Shown in pieces: positions 47,045-60,189 of a stretch of DNA of 64,000 bases (position 1 is the first letter of the stretch; every line of letters begins with the position of its first letter). The notes beneath the pieces were generated by a model. It did no database searches and had not been told where the DNA came from. It worked only from the letters and a program-made list of their open reading frames with translations. Where the stretch lies: NCBI GenBank assembly GCA_028344335.1, contig JAOMAZ010000002.1:380-64379 (forward strand). The letters run 5' to 3'. Position numbers and translations under genes: made by a program. The stretch is from Deltaproteobacteria bacterium. Lineage in GTDB: Archaea; Thermoplasmatota; Poseidoniia; Poseidoniales; Poseidoniaceae.

Positions 47045-50000
47045 ATGGCAGGTTCTCAGCGATTCACCATTTTCATCTTGGTATTACTCTTACTCTCACC
47101 ATTCTCGTTCGTGGTAGGAGAGAGTCCTTCTGAAGATGAGGAGAAGGTAAATCCAACTCTCTGGACTGAAATTTCACCTTCAGGAATGATTCCTGTAGAT
47201 TTGCGGGAATCAACTGGAGTACTACACCTTTCAACTGGTGCCTTCGATCCATTACTGCAAGAGGATCCAACCCTTACAATTCTCCCAACCGGTTTTTCTT
47301 CTCAGGTTGTTCTTATTCAACTTCATACTACAGATGCAATGGTCTTGGCAGAATTAGCGGATATATACTCACTGTCAATACTTGACCATATGCCCGATGA
47401 AGCCTGGATTGTAAGAGTCCCAAGCCAAGACAGAATACCTGCATTGGAAAATGAATCATCTGTACGTTGGATTTCCCCTTTGAATATTGCTTGGAGAATG
47501 TCTGAAGGTTTACAACAAGTGTGGGTCGAACCTCCATCTTTACTCGATATTTCTTTGATATTAGCCCCTGACTTGAGTGAGGTTGGCATTGAGCAATTAG
47601 AGACCAGACTGAAAGATTTGCAAGCCAGAGAGGTTTGGTGTGGTTGGACCCAATGTGAGATATGGGGGATGGAATGGAATAATGGTCAAATCACAAACCT
47701 AATTGCAGATGATTCAATTCTGCATATTTCACTCTTAGAAAAATCTGCTCCCCTAAATTCCTATGCTGCACAGACGGTGGAATTAGACGAGGTACTTGGT
47801 ACACTGAACATGAACCTTGATGGATCGGGAGAAGTGATCGGTGTATCGGATACTGGAATCGATTCCTCTCATCCCGACTTGAATCAGAAGATTCTTTCAA
47901 TTAAGACTCAATATGGGTTAGACAGCTCTTCCTTAGACAAAAATACTGGCCATGGAACTCATGTTGTGGGAACCATAATCGGTGATGGAATTAGTGATTC
48001 TGAGGCCAAGGGATTGGCATCTGGTTCATCGATGCACTTTCAAGCATTGGAGCATGACAACACCGGTTTCTTTGGACGTCAAGGCTCATTATATGATATG
48101 CTAAGAGATTTTTACACCGCTGGGGCCAGAACAGGTTCCAATAGTTGGGGAGCCCCTGGAGCTCAAGGTGAATATACCAGTGATTCTCGAAGTGTTGATC
48201 ACTTCGCTAATGACTATGATGATTTCACGGTATTATTTGCAGCAGGTGAATCAAATGTCGGGGTTGCTGCCCCTTCAACCGCCAAGAATGTTCTATCCAT
48301 TGGTGCTGCAACTTCAGAACGACCTAACTCATTATCAGCCGGTGAAGTTTGGAATCAAAGTGCCAATGGCTTCAGTGCAGATGGGAGAATTAAACCAGAC
48401 TTAGTTGCTCCAGGGATTGAAATTTGTAGCACAATGTCAGAACAAGCATTATCTCCACTCGGGGTTGATTGTGGAAGTGGTATACACTCTAATGGCGATT
48501 CACTTTACAGGTCATCTAATGGCAGTAGCCATGCCACTGCAGTTGCTGCTGCTTCGGTTTTATTGACAAGAGAATTTCTTAGAGAAGAAGCCAATGTTAA
48601 TGCTCCAAGTGCGGATTTAGTTCGAGCTACTTTGATTAATGGGGCTCGTGATTTAGGTGTTCAAAACATTCCAAATGCTCAGGAAGGCTGGGGTCAAATC
48701 GATCTTTCTAACAGTTTTTCACCAAAAGATGGAAGCACTGCTTTAGCATCCTTTTATGACACAAATATTTCACTTTCGCCCGGTTTTGGTTTCATTTATG
48801 GTTTTGACTTTAATGCAGCCCATGGAATTTCAATCACTCTGGTTTGGACCGATGTAGCAGGCTCTGCTTCAGCACTCCAATCAGAGTCAAGACTAGTCAA
48901 TGACTTGGATTTGATATTAACAGCACCTGATGGCACGATTTGGTTTGGAAATGATTTCTCAAATGGGCTTTCGGCTACTACTGGTATAGTTGATTCCACG
49001 AATGTTGTTGAACGAATCGAATTAGCTCCTGGAGCCGCCCCTCAAAGTGGCACATGGAGTATTCAGGTTGCAAATAGAGCAGGCTCAGAGCAATCCTTTG
49101 CATTGGTAGTTGTTGCTGATGGGGATCATGATCCTGCTTCTGACTTGACTGTTTTCGATGAAAGTATTCGTCCAAGTTCCACCGAACCTTTGGTTAATGA
49201 ATTGATTTCCATCAGCGTTGCATGGACTAATCAAGCACCATTAGTGACTGGAAGTTACAAGGTTACATTGGTCGATACAACAACTGGAACAACACTTTCG
49301 GAAATGGTCCGAAGTGGCACCGCTGGAGGGCAAATAGAATCAGCATCGATTACCCATGCTTTCAGCACAACTGGTGCTCATATTCTTCGGTTAACTATTG
49401 ATGTTGATGACCAAATTGCTGAATTAAATGATGGAAATTCCGGTTATGATAATAATGTTAAACAAATAACCATCAACGTTAGTGCATTAGGTGTAAGGCT
49501 AATTCCACTCCTAGATGATGGGAGTGAACCAACAACTCCAGAGCAGAATTCTGCTGCTGTGATGAAATCTTTTGAAGCAAACACAGATTCACAAATTGAA
49601 ATCAATATGATTCTTCGTCATGAAGGAACTGGAAGTGAATCAGTAACCTTGACAAGTGGCTCTGTACGAATGCTCAATCCTCAACGAGAGGGAGTCTTCC
49701 AAACCCCTCCAGATTCTTGGACTAAGTCGATCAATGTTAGCAGTCCGTTGAGTATGGCGCCTGCTGGAGATATTGGTGATGAACAGTATTTCACCTTAAC
49801 ATTATTAGATGAAGATGCAGACCCCAATGGAGATATTCCAAGGTATGCCTATGCTGGCACATATGTGATAGATTTGGAGGCTCGTTATCAATTACAGCCA
49901 CTTGTCAAACATAAATTACGAATAACATTCGTGGTTAACGAAGTGGATGATGTTGACGTTGTGATTGCTGGAACATCTGGATTAAGTGCTAAACCAGGTG

Positions 50001-51964
50001 AAGTTGCTGACTTTTCTGTATCAGTAAGAAATATGGGGAATAATCCTGCCACTTACAAAGTTGAATGTCAATCTGAAAACAGATGGCAAATCGAACTAGG
50101 AAGTGGTACATCATCTTCCCAAATATTTGAACCATTGGGATTGCTTGAAGGCTTACCCATGAGAGTTAAAGTTAGAGTTCCAAATGCAGTTGCTGGAAGC
50201 CCAGTTGCTGGAAGTAGCGATGTCGTCAATTGTTGGATAACCAGTCTTGATGACGAATCATTGAATTATTCTTTGCAGGTTGATATTAGTGTTGATGCTC
50301 TAGATACCTTTTCGGTACAATTAATCAATCCTTCAGGTGAGAATGTAGGGCCTGCCGCGATGGCTCCTACGATATCGGTGTCGGCTTCAGAGCAATATAA
50401 TCACACTTTAATGATAGAAAATACAGGAAATATGGATTTAGAATTGAGTATTTCTCTTGATGCAGAAGACAATACTTGGCCACTACAATTAATTCATGAA
50501 GAGGAAGAAGCAAGTACCCAATTGGACATTAATGTCGCTGCAGGAACTGAAACAAGTGTTGAAATTCAGGCTGTTGTTCCAAAGACTGCTAATGAAGGTA
50601 AGTCAAATTCGATAGATATAACCACTTGGTTGAAAGGTGGTAACTCCAACCTTGGTGCTAAAAATTCGACCACATTACTTGTGAGAAAAGATGTAGGAAT
50701 TGATTTTTCTTGTAATTCAAATTATAATAGCACAACTGGAGGGCTTGGAATGCAGGTGACTGTAGGAGATAGTTCTACCCTGAATTGTTTTATCAATAAT
50801 ACTGGAAATGCCCAACTTGACTTGATTTGGTCAGTTGCAGAGGGTCCTGATGAGAATTGGGTGATGGGATTTGCCGCACCTCCTGCTTCGCTTTCACCTT
50901 ATCAACAAGCAACTGTAATGTTCCTAGCAAAACGCAGTGAAGGCTCTCAAGTTGGCGAAAATTTCCTCCTTCAACTCAGGGTCATCGCTAATCATTCCAA
51001 TCAATCAGTTTCGGAAGTTGTAGTGGTTTCAATGAGCGAAACAAATTCGGCATATTTAGATCTAGAATTCTTGGGTGAAGAAGAGTTTAATTTACTGGAG
51101 AGCAAAGTTGGAACAGTTAACGAATTAGAATTCAAGATAACTAATATTGGAAATACCCCTGGCACTTGGACTCCATTAGTATCACTTCGGAATTCAGAAG
51201 GGGAAGATGAAGAAGGATGGGAATTATCTTGTGATTTAGAATCAGGAATAAACCTAGAAGCAAAGGGTTCTACTGAATTTATATGCACTATCACCCCACA
51301 AAAAGATGCAGGAAAGGGAATTTGCACCCTCTTTGTATTTGTTCAATCAAGCCAAAATCAATATCATATCGGTTCAGTTGATCCCATTGAATTTGATGTA
51401 AGTGCTGCAAGAATAGTTGAATCAAGTGGATTATTTGCGGGCCTTACTACCCAAACAACAGGAATTATCGTTGGAGTAATCCTTCTTTTAGTGTCTATAG
51501 TAGGAGTACGATTAAGAAAGGTCAATCGAGAAATGGATGAGGGAGAGATGCTGGTCGCACCAGGTTCACATTCATCACAGACTGATTTTGCTCAGCGTCG
51601 AGAAGATGCTACAGATATTGGTCATAAAACCAATGAAATTGCCTCAGGTTCTGTTAGTTCAGAAGAAGTCGCAGCTGCATTAGCCCAATCAGTATCTATA
51701 CTCCCTCCTCCAGGGCCTGCGCCTTCGGCAAGCAAACGATTACCACCATTACTTGGTTCTGCTTCGATACTCCCTCAAGGGCTCCCTCCTTTGCTGAAGT
51801 CTCCCCCTCCACAACCTGCTCAAGTGCCAATTGCAAAACCTGCGACTGCACCAGCAGCTGAATCTTTCACAGGGCCTCCTGTTCCAGCCGGTGGACTACC
51901 TGCTGGATGGACGATGCAACAATGGCAGCATTATGGAGAAGAGTGGTTGAAAAAGCAACCCTGA
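47045..51964 (+). CDS. Giant membrane-anchored subtilisin-like (S8) serine protease with many beta-sandwich repeats and conserved cytoplasmic tail
   Basis: The signal peptide is MAGSQRFTIFILVLLLLSPFSFVVG. The triad context is VIGVSDTGIDSSHPDL (Asp), GHGTHVVGTI (His), SNSWG (Asn) and SNGSSHATAVAAAS (Ser, atypical). CARDB-like repeats (SVRNMGNNPAT, IENTGNMDL, INNTGNAQL, ITNIGNTPG) and a TM (GIIVGVILLLVSIVGV) follow. The tail ends GLPAGWTMQQWQHYGEEWLKKQP. Confidence 0.85.
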   Translation: MAGSQRFTIFILVLLLLSPFSFVVGESPSEDEEKVNPTLWTEISPSGMIPVDLRESTGVLHLSTGAFDPLLQEDPTLTILPTGFSSQVVLIQLHTTDAMVLAELADIYSLSILDHMPDEAWIVRVPSQDRIPALENESSVRWISPLNIAWRMSEGLQQVWVEPPSLLDISLILAPDLSEVGIEQLETRLKDLQAREVWCGWTQCEIWGMEWNNGQITNLIADDSILHISLLEKSAPLNSYAAQTVELDEVLGTLNMNLDGSGEVIGVSDTGIDSSHPDLNQKILSIKTQYGLDSSSLDKNTGHGTHVVGTIIGDGISDSEAKGLASGSSMHFQALEHDNTGFFGRQGSLYDMLRDFYTAGARTGSNSWGAPGAQGEYTSDSRSVDHFANDYDDFTVLFAAGESNVGVAAPSTAKNVLSIGAATSERPNSLSAGEVWNQSANGFSADGRIKPDLVAPGIEICSTMSEQALSPLGVDCGSGIHSNGDSLYRSSNGSSHATAVAAASVLLTREFLREEANVNAPSADLVRATLINGARDLGVQNIPNAQEGWGQIDLSNSFSPKDGSTALASFYDTNISLSPGFGFIYGFDFNAAHGISITLVWTDVAGSASALQSESRLVNDLDLILTAPDGTIWFGNDFSNGLSATTGIVDSTNVVERIELAPGAAPQSGTWSIQVANRAGSEQSFALVVVADGDHDPASDLTVFDESIRPSSTEPLVNELISISVAWTNQAPLVTGSYKVTLVDTTTGTTLSEMVRSGTAGGQIESASITHAFSTTGAHILRLTIDVDDQIAELNDGNSGYDNNVKQITINVSALGVRLIPLLDDGSEPTTPEQNSAAVMKSFEANTDSQIEINMILRHEGTGSESVTLTSGSVRMLNPQREGVFQTPPDSWTKSINVSSPLSMAPAGDIGDEQYFTLTLLDEDADPNGDIPRYAYAGTYVIDLEARYQLQPLVKHKLRITFVVNEVDDVDVVIAGTSGLSAKPGEVADFSVSVRNMGNNPATYKVECQSENRWQIELGSGTSSSQIFEPLGLLEGLPMRVKVRVPNAVAGSPVAGSSDVVNCWITSLDDESLNYSLQVDISVDALDTFSVQLINPSGENVGPAAMAPTISVSASEQYNHTLMIENTGNMDLELSISLDAEDNTWPLQLIHEEEEASTQLDINVAAGTETSVEIQAVVPKTANEGKSNSIDITTWLKGGNSNLGAKNSTTLLVRKDVGIDFSCNSNYNSTTGGLGMQVTVGDSSTLNCFINNTGNAQLDLIWSVAEGPDENWVMGFAAPPASLSPYQQATVMFLAKRSEGSQVGENFLLQLRVIANHSNQSVSEVVVVSMSETNSAYLDLEFLGEEEFNLLESKVGTVNELEFKITNIGNTPGTWTPLVSLRNSEGEDEEGWELSCDLESGINLEAKGSTEFICTITPQKDAGKGICTLFVFVQSSQNQYHIGSVDPIEFDVSAARIVESSGLFAGLTTQTTGIIVGVILLLVSIVGVRLRKVNREMDEGEMLVAPGSHSSQTDFAQRREDATDIGHKTNEIASGSVSSEEVAAALAQSVSILPPPGPAPSASKRLPPLLGSASILPQGLPPLLKSPPPQPAQVPIAKPATAPAAESFTGPPVPAGGLPAGWTMQQWQHYGEEWLKKQP

Positions 51965-52036
51965 AGGCAATTGTCCAATCAATATTAGTTACACTGAATG
52001 CGAATCGTTCATCATGGGGTCCTTTGTCGCCGCTTC

Positions 52037-52684
52037 ATGGCAAGTATTGTTTTGTTCGGACCACCTGGTGCAGGTAAGGGTACACAGGCTGCTATTATTA
52101 TGGCAGAAACAGGTTTACCTCAGGTTTCAACGGGAGATATGTTACGGGCCGCTTTGGGCCAAGGAAGCAGCCTTGGATTGGAAGCAAAGTCATTCATGGA
52201 AGCAGGAAAACTCGTGCCAGATTCAATTATTATCGGCTTGATAGAGAACAGACTTCAAGAAAATGATGCTTCAAATGGAGTATTGTTAGATGGATTTCCA
52301 CGCACAGTTGCTCAGGCTGAGGCATTGATGGAAATAGAGGAAGTAGAGGTCGTACTATCAATTGAAGTTCCAGATGAGCGAATTATCGAGCGAATTTGCG
52401 GTAGGTATTCTTGTCCTCAATGTGGTACAGTTTACCATGATTCTTTCAATCCAACATCTTCAGAAGATATCTGCGATAACTGCTCCCACCATGGAATGAA
52501 GAGAAGGGCTGATGATAATGAGGAAACTGTTACTTCAAGACTCGAAGCATATCATTCACAAACAAGACCGTTAGCAGATTGGTATTCTCAACGTGGTCTT
52601 TTTCAAGCGGTTGATGGAGATAGGAATATCGAGTCAGTTGGAGAATCATTGTTGAAGGTATTGAGTGAATTAAGAGGTGAATGA
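52037..52684 (+). CDS. adk: Adenylate kinase, long (bacterial-like) form with zinc-binding lid
   Basis: The P-loop is MASIVLFGPPGAGKGTQA. The lid has CPQCGTVYH...CDNCS. The ATG at 52037 gives the canonical N-terminus. Confidence 0.93.
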   Translation: MASIVLFGPPGAGKGTQAAIIMAETGLPQVSTGDMLRAALGQGSSLGLEAKSFMEAGKLVPDSIIIGLIENRLQENDASNGVLLDGFPRTVAQAEALMEIEEVEVVLSIEVPDERIIERICGRYSCPQCGTVYHDSFNPTSSEDICDNCSHHGMKRRADDNEETVTSRLEAYHSQTRPLADWYSQRGLFQAVDGDRNIESVGESLLKVLSELRGE

Positions 52685-53018
52685 TTTGTCAAATAGAAGA
52701 CATTCATCAAGGCGTTCTAATAAAATGAAGAACAATCGAAGAGTAAATGCCATTGCCTCCAGAAAATATTTATTTGAAATAATAACAAACAAAAGAACAA
52801 CTTCACTCAGTTTACAAAATATCGCAACAAAACAAATGTGGAATATTGGTAAGCGCCATCGAATTGGCCTTCATCCCTTGATTAAAAATGAAATATGTAG
52901 AAGTTGTAAAATCCATCTATTACCTCAGTCAAAAGTAAGGATTAGAAATGGAAGAAGAATCATCACCTGTTGCCAATGTGGGAGAATAAAGCGCTTTGTG
53001 TTGGAGGCAAAGGCATGA
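52677..53018 (+). CDS. rnp4: RNase P protein component 4 (Rpp21/Rpr2 family)
   Basis: A basic N-terminal helix is followed by the zinc ribbon CRSCKIHLLP...RIRNGRRIITCCQCGRIKRF. It overlaps the adk stop by 8 nt. The start is uncertain (GTG 52677 or ATG 52722). Confidence 0.75.
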   Translation: MNDLSNRRHSSRRSNKMKNNRRVNAIASRKYLFEIITNKRTTSLSLQNIATKQMWNIGKRHRIGLHPLIKNEICRSCKIHLLPQSKVRIRNGRRIITCCQCGRIKRFVLEAKA

Positions 53019-53281
53019 GTGGAATACCAAATTGGGTTGCCAAGATGGCAACATCTCGAGATTTTTCAATTTCTGTTAGAATCGGCCGTTCAGGTGTTGC
53101 GGATAATCTAATTAAGGAATTGGACGACCAATTAAAATCTAAACAAATTGTCAAAGTAAAATTAAACCGAGGATCGACCGAAAAAAGCGGTAAACAAGAA
53201 ATTTGGGATTATATTTGTAGTGAACTAAATGCTACTCTTGTACTCGCGAGAGGGAATGTAGCGGTGTTTTATCGGACCTGA
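53015..53281 (+). CDS. YhbY/CRS1 (CRM-domain) RNA-binding protein
   Basis: The sequence VRIGRSGVADNLIKELDDQLKSKQIVKVKL...ARGNVAVFYR matches the YhbY pattern. An ATGA start/stop overlap with rnp4 lies at 53015-53018. Confidence 0.8.
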   Translation: MSGIPNWVAKMATSRDFSISVRIGRSGVADNLIKELDDQLKSKQIVKVKLNRGSTEKSGKQEIWDYICSELNATLVLARGNVAVFYRT

Positions 53282-53347
53282 ATAAATGTTTAGATTTTCT
53301 ACCTCTCTGATGATAATGTCTTCAAGGAGACTTCTTGTCGAGGCGCC

Positions 53348-55003
53348 ATGCTAACCCGAGAGTTGTCCGTTAAACGACTCGGCAGTCAGGCCAGACACCG
53401 ACTAATGCTTTTCATTTTGACATTGGCAACATTGGCTATTACTTGGACAATGCGGGCTAGTGCTAGTGGGGGTTCTGGTGGTTTTAATGTAGTCATCAGA
53501 GAAGGATTGGAGGACCAAGCAGTTCTTGTTGGAGCGCTAATCCTTCTCTCCGTATACATGCTAATTATTTTTGAGCTGATGCACCGTACTTTAGCCGCTG
53601 CTGTTGGCGGCTTAGTGGCAGTAGGTGCATTGGTTTATTACATGGAAGGAAGTTTAACACTTGGCCAAACTGCAAATATGATTGATTGGGATACCATCGG
53701 CCTTTTATTAGGAATGATGGTCATGGTTGGAGTGCTTTCACATACTGGGGTTTTCGAATGGTTTGCGGTTCGTGCCTACAAAAAGAGTGGCGGTTCGGTT
53801 TGGAGCTTAGTGGTCATCCTTTGTATTGTAACTGCAGTATTATCAGCATTTTTGGACAATGTTACTACTATGCTTTTGCTAACTCCAGTAACCATTCAAT
53901 TGGCAAAGGTTCTAGACTTGCCCCCTGTACCTCTTTTGATAGCAGAAGTTATGTTTTCAAATATCGGTGGTGCTGCAACAATGATTGGAGACCCACCCAA
54001 TATCATCATTGGAAATGGCATGTCAGAAACAGCCCTTAGTGGTGGAGAATATGACGCTTTAGCCTCACAAGCGATTTCTTTCAACGATTTCATAATCAAT
54101 CTTGCACCTGGGGTTTTAATGACGGTAATTCCAACATTTATGTTTCTAAAATGGATGCACCGCGATGTATTCTCCACTCACCGATATAGAGATGTTGAGG
54201 AGTTAGAAGAGAAGTATGGAATCAAAGATGCTAGCTTGTTAAAGCGTGCTGGTTTTGTATTATTCCTCGTTATCTTGGGATTTTTCTTACATCCTTTGTT
54301 GCATGTTCCGGTGGCTTGGGTGGCTTTGATTGGGGCAGTCCTTACCCTCTTGGTTACTACACCACATGAATTAGAAGAAGCGCTAGAAAAGGTTGAATGG
54401 AGTACACTTCTTTTCTTCGCAGGTCTATTCGTTCTCGTCCATTCCCTTGATTTGATGGGCGTCATAAAATGGATAGGTGAACAAGTAGTTTTCACGATCT
54501 CTCAATTTGAAGATCCAGGGACTCAGTTAACTGTAGCTATTCTCTTGCTTCTATGGGTTAGTGCTATCGCTTCGGCCTTCATTGATAATATTCCATATAC
54601 AGCTACCATGGTACCAGTTGTCCTTGTGATGGCACAACCAATCGCTAATGGTGGAGAATTAGGATTAGAACTTCAACCCCTCATTTGGGCCTTAGCATTC
54701 GGAGCCTGCTTAGGAGGGAATGGAACTCTTATTGGCGCATCAGCCAATGTTGTCACAGCAGGCATGGCTGAAGAAGAGGGTTACAAGATTTCTTTCAATG
54801 AATTTTTCAAGACTGGTTTCCCAGTAATGATACTCACTACTGCTATAGTAACATTGTATTGCATGTTGGTGTATGTCTGGGGAATAGCAATTTGGAAAGT
54901 ACTCATCGCTACAATTATTGTGATGGGGCTAGACATTTGGTGGGAGTTAAAACCAGGCAATGACAGATGGTTCCCCGATGAATTGGTTAGGGAATCGGAG
55001 TGA
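53348..55003 (+). CDS. ArsB/NhaD-superfamily (CitMHS/YbiR-like) anion permease
   Basis: About 12 TM helices are present. Duplicated signatures SAFLDNVTTMLLLTPV and SAFIDNIPYTATMVPV are characteristic of this superfamily. Confidence 0.8.
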   Translation: MLTRELSVKRLGSQARHRLMLFILTLATLAITWTMRASASGGSGGFNVVIREGLEDQAVLVGALILLSVYMLIIFELMHRTLAAAVGGLVAVGALVYYMEGSLTLGQTANMIDWDTIGLLLGMMVMVGVLSHTGVFEWFAVRAYKKSGGSVWSLVVILCIVTAVLSAFLDNVTTMLLLTPVTIQLAKVLDLPPVPLLIAEVMFSNIGGAATMIGDPPNIIIGNGMSETALSGGEYDALASQAISFNDFIINLAPGVLMTVIPTFMFLKWMHRDVFSTHRYRDVEELEEKYGIKDASLLKRAGFVLFLVILGFFLHPLLHVPVAWVALIGAVLTLLVTTPHELEEALEKVEWSTLLFFAGLFVLVHSLDLMGVIKWIGEQVVFTISQFEDPGTQLTVAILLLLWVSAIASAFIDNIPYTATMVPVVLVMAQPIANGGELGLELQPLIWALAFGACLGGNGTLIGASANVVTAGMAEEEGYKISFNEFFKTGFPVMILTTAIVTLYCMLVYVWGIAIWKVLIATIIVMGLDIWWELKPGNDRWFPDELVRESE

Positions 55004-55090
55004 GCCTTTAGGCACAATGAAGCAAACGCATTTGTTGACAAAATAGCGATAGCATCAATACAGGCTGTCCGTTGGTTAAGCACGTTAGGT

Positions 55091-56722
55091 ATGCATGAAT
55101 GTTCAGTTTGTGGTTTGCTATTCTTAGGAGGGGCCGCTTGTCCAAGTTGTGGAAGCCTTGGTAATCAAGAACTCGATATTAAAGGAAACGGCAAAGAAGT
55201 CATCGAACAACGTGGTGGAATCCCTGGGATGAGCGAACTTAACACAGCAATGATTAACGTCGTAGGCGATGAGGGCTTAACGGAAGAAATTGAAGCAGAA
55301 GAGCCAACTGGTACATCTTTACCTTTCACAATTGGTGGGGGCGCAAGCGAAGAGGTTTCGAGTTTACCTTTTGGAGTTGGAAGTAGAACTGCCGGTTTAC
55401 CATCTACAGAATCAAATCCTGAAAAAGAAGAAACTCCAACCATTGAAAGCGCAATATCCGCCACCCAAGATGTTGAATTATTGCAACAGCAATCTGATAA
55501 TTCTCAAACTGAAACCGGGGAATCTGAGCAATGGACTGATGTTGGAGGTGAACTTTGGGCAGTAGGCAAAAGCCAAGATGATATTGAACAAAATCAGGAC
55601 CAAATGACTGAAAAACTTCATCAAGAACTACCCCACTCTCATGCAGAACCACCTGCTCGAAATCAGACCGCAAATATTTCAGAAGAACCCGCTGAAATCA
55701 AATTCGAAGCAACCTCCACAGGACCTTCAATTAATGAAATTAAAGTAGTTCACAGAGAACCTGTGCCCTTGCCTGGAACTGCTGTTGATGAATTGGAAAC
55801 TGTACCACTTCCGTCTCCTGGATTACCAGAGAAAAGTACCGAAAATACCCCAAAACCAATGAAACTGCAAGCCATTGCGATCCAAGTTGATGAAACCTCA
55901 GAACAAATTAGCGAAGCCAATGAGACCACCCTAGATTTAGCACCCACAACCTCTTCAATTACTCATTCAGATTCAGATGAAGGACATTTTCAGATTCATG
56001 CAGCTGAGGTCGATATGGAGCAATTATATGCTGAGCCAGAACAAGTTGTCTTCCATGATTTTGAGAGTGAGGAATTAACTTCAGAGGTACAAGTAAATCT
56101 TGATGATATGGCAGAAGAGGAACCAGTAGGTGATGTCATTTTCGCACCAGAACACGTATCTTCAGAACCTGAGTTATTTCCTGCTCAAGCTTTAGAAATT
56201 GACACAAAGGGAGATTCAGAGATGAATATGCTTCTCGAAAGTGGATTTAGTGCTTTAGGGGCAGGCAATTGGGAACAAGCCGCTAGGAGTTTTCGTTCGA
56301 TGGCAGCGAAGGACCCAGATAGTTCCTCGATTCTAAATAATTACGGGCTGGCATTACTACAACATGCCATGGGCCTAGATGAAGAAATAGGTGTTGATGA
56401 ATCTGTTGTAGATAGCCAATATGAAGCAGCAATTATGGCTTTGCGCCAATCGGCAAAAAGTAATCCTGAAGAAGCCTTGATATTGTACAACTTAGGTGTT
56501 GCATTGGTCTCCAGCGGGCGACACGAAAAGGCAGTTTCAATCTTAGATGTGGTCCTCAATAGGCCACATAGTCCGAAAGTTGCAATCCTCAATGCACGCT
56601 CCGCAGCCCATATAGGATTAGGGGATTTTGATGCCGCGAAAAACGATTTATCATCGGCACTTTCTATTGAACCAGATAATCAAATTCTGAAGGCAAACCT
56701 CTCCCGCATTTCTCCCACTTAA
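55091..56722 (+). CDS. Protein with N-terminal zinc ribbon, long acidic disordered region and C-terminal TPR repeats
   Basis: The N-terminus is CSVCGLLFLGGAACPSCGS. About 350 aa of E/D/T/S/P-rich sequence follow. C-terminal TPR-like repeats include GNWEQAARSFRSMAAKDPDS and EALILYNLGVALVSSGRHEKA. Confidence 0.6.
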   Translation: MHECSVCGLLFLGGAACPSCGSLGNQELDIKGNGKEVIEQRGGIPGMSELNTAMINVVGDEGLTEEIEAEEPTGTSLPFTIGGGASEEVSSLPFGVGSRTAGLPSTESNPEKEETPTIESAISATQDVELLQQQSDNSQTETGESEQWTDVGGELWAVGKSQDDIEQNQDQMTEKLHQELPHSHAEPPARNQTANISEEPAEIKFEATSTGPSINEIKVVHREPVPLPGTAVDELETVPLPSPGLPEKSTENTPKPMKLQAIAIQVDETSEQISEANETTLDLAPTTSSITHSDSDEGHFQIHAAEVDMEQLYAEPEQVVFHDFESEELTSEVQVNLDDMAEEEPVGDVIFAPEHVSSEPELFPAQALEIDTKGDSEMNMLLESGFSALGAGNWEQAARSFRSMAAKDPDSSSILNNYGLALLQHAMGLDEEIGVDESVVDSQYEAAIMALRQSAKSNPEEALILYNLGVALVSSGRHEKAVSILDVVLNRPHSPKVAILNARSAAHIGLGDFDAAKNDLSSALSIEPDNQILKANLSRISPT

Positions 56723-57149
56723 TTTCACAATCATGTTCAGATAATCATTCGTAATAGTACTATGAATTTCATTCCTATTTGGCCATCATTAACTTTCCTG
56801 AGAATTGAAAAAACTCCATTTTTATTCTCTCTGTAGAATTGAATAAAAAAAATCCCATGAGAAACGCATTATTTTTATCATCAAAGTGTGCTACGGCGTC
56901 CTATTTTACCATTCCAATATATTCGGCGACCCTATTCCTCTCTCTTAGGGAAGGTTAAAACGCCAAAATCAATCCCTATATTGTCTAGCAGTACAACGTT
57001 CTTGATGAATGACCCAATCCGATGCTTTGATATAGGGAGGGTCAGTCGGGCGGCTGTTCTGAGTGCACTCGGTCATGCAAAGCCATGACTGGGGAAGCGG
57101 CTGAGGAGGTCTGTCCCACGGGGAGGCGGGCTTCTGAGGAGGCCGACAA

Positions 57150-57179
57150 GAGGTAAGCCTGGATACCGAAGGGTGCTCG
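57150..57179 (+). promoter_or_regulatory. 5' strand of the 23S rRNA processing stem (pairs with 60107-60137)
   Basis: gaggtaagcctggataccgaagggtgctcg is complementary to cgagcatccttcgtctaacaggacttacctc. The pairing is 8 bp, an A bulge, 4 bp, a 5x5 internal loop, then 13 bp including one G-U. Confidence 0.7.
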
Positions 57180-57199
57180 TGGTACGGAAAGAAGTACCA

Positions 57200-60083
<2,884 letters not shown>

Positions 60084-60106
60084 TTTTTTTCACTTCGTTC
60101 CGGAAA

Positions 60107-60137
60107 CGAGCATCCTTCGTCTAACAGGACTTACCTC
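60107..60137 (+). promoter_or_regulatory. 3' strand of the 23S rRNA processing stem (pairs with 57150-57179)
   Basis: See the 5' strand entry. The stem encloses the 23S only; the 5S lies outside it. Confidence 0.7.
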
Positions 60138-60189
60138 TTGATTTACTCAAACATGCGACACGCGTCGCGTATCCGATTCGAGAGAAGAT

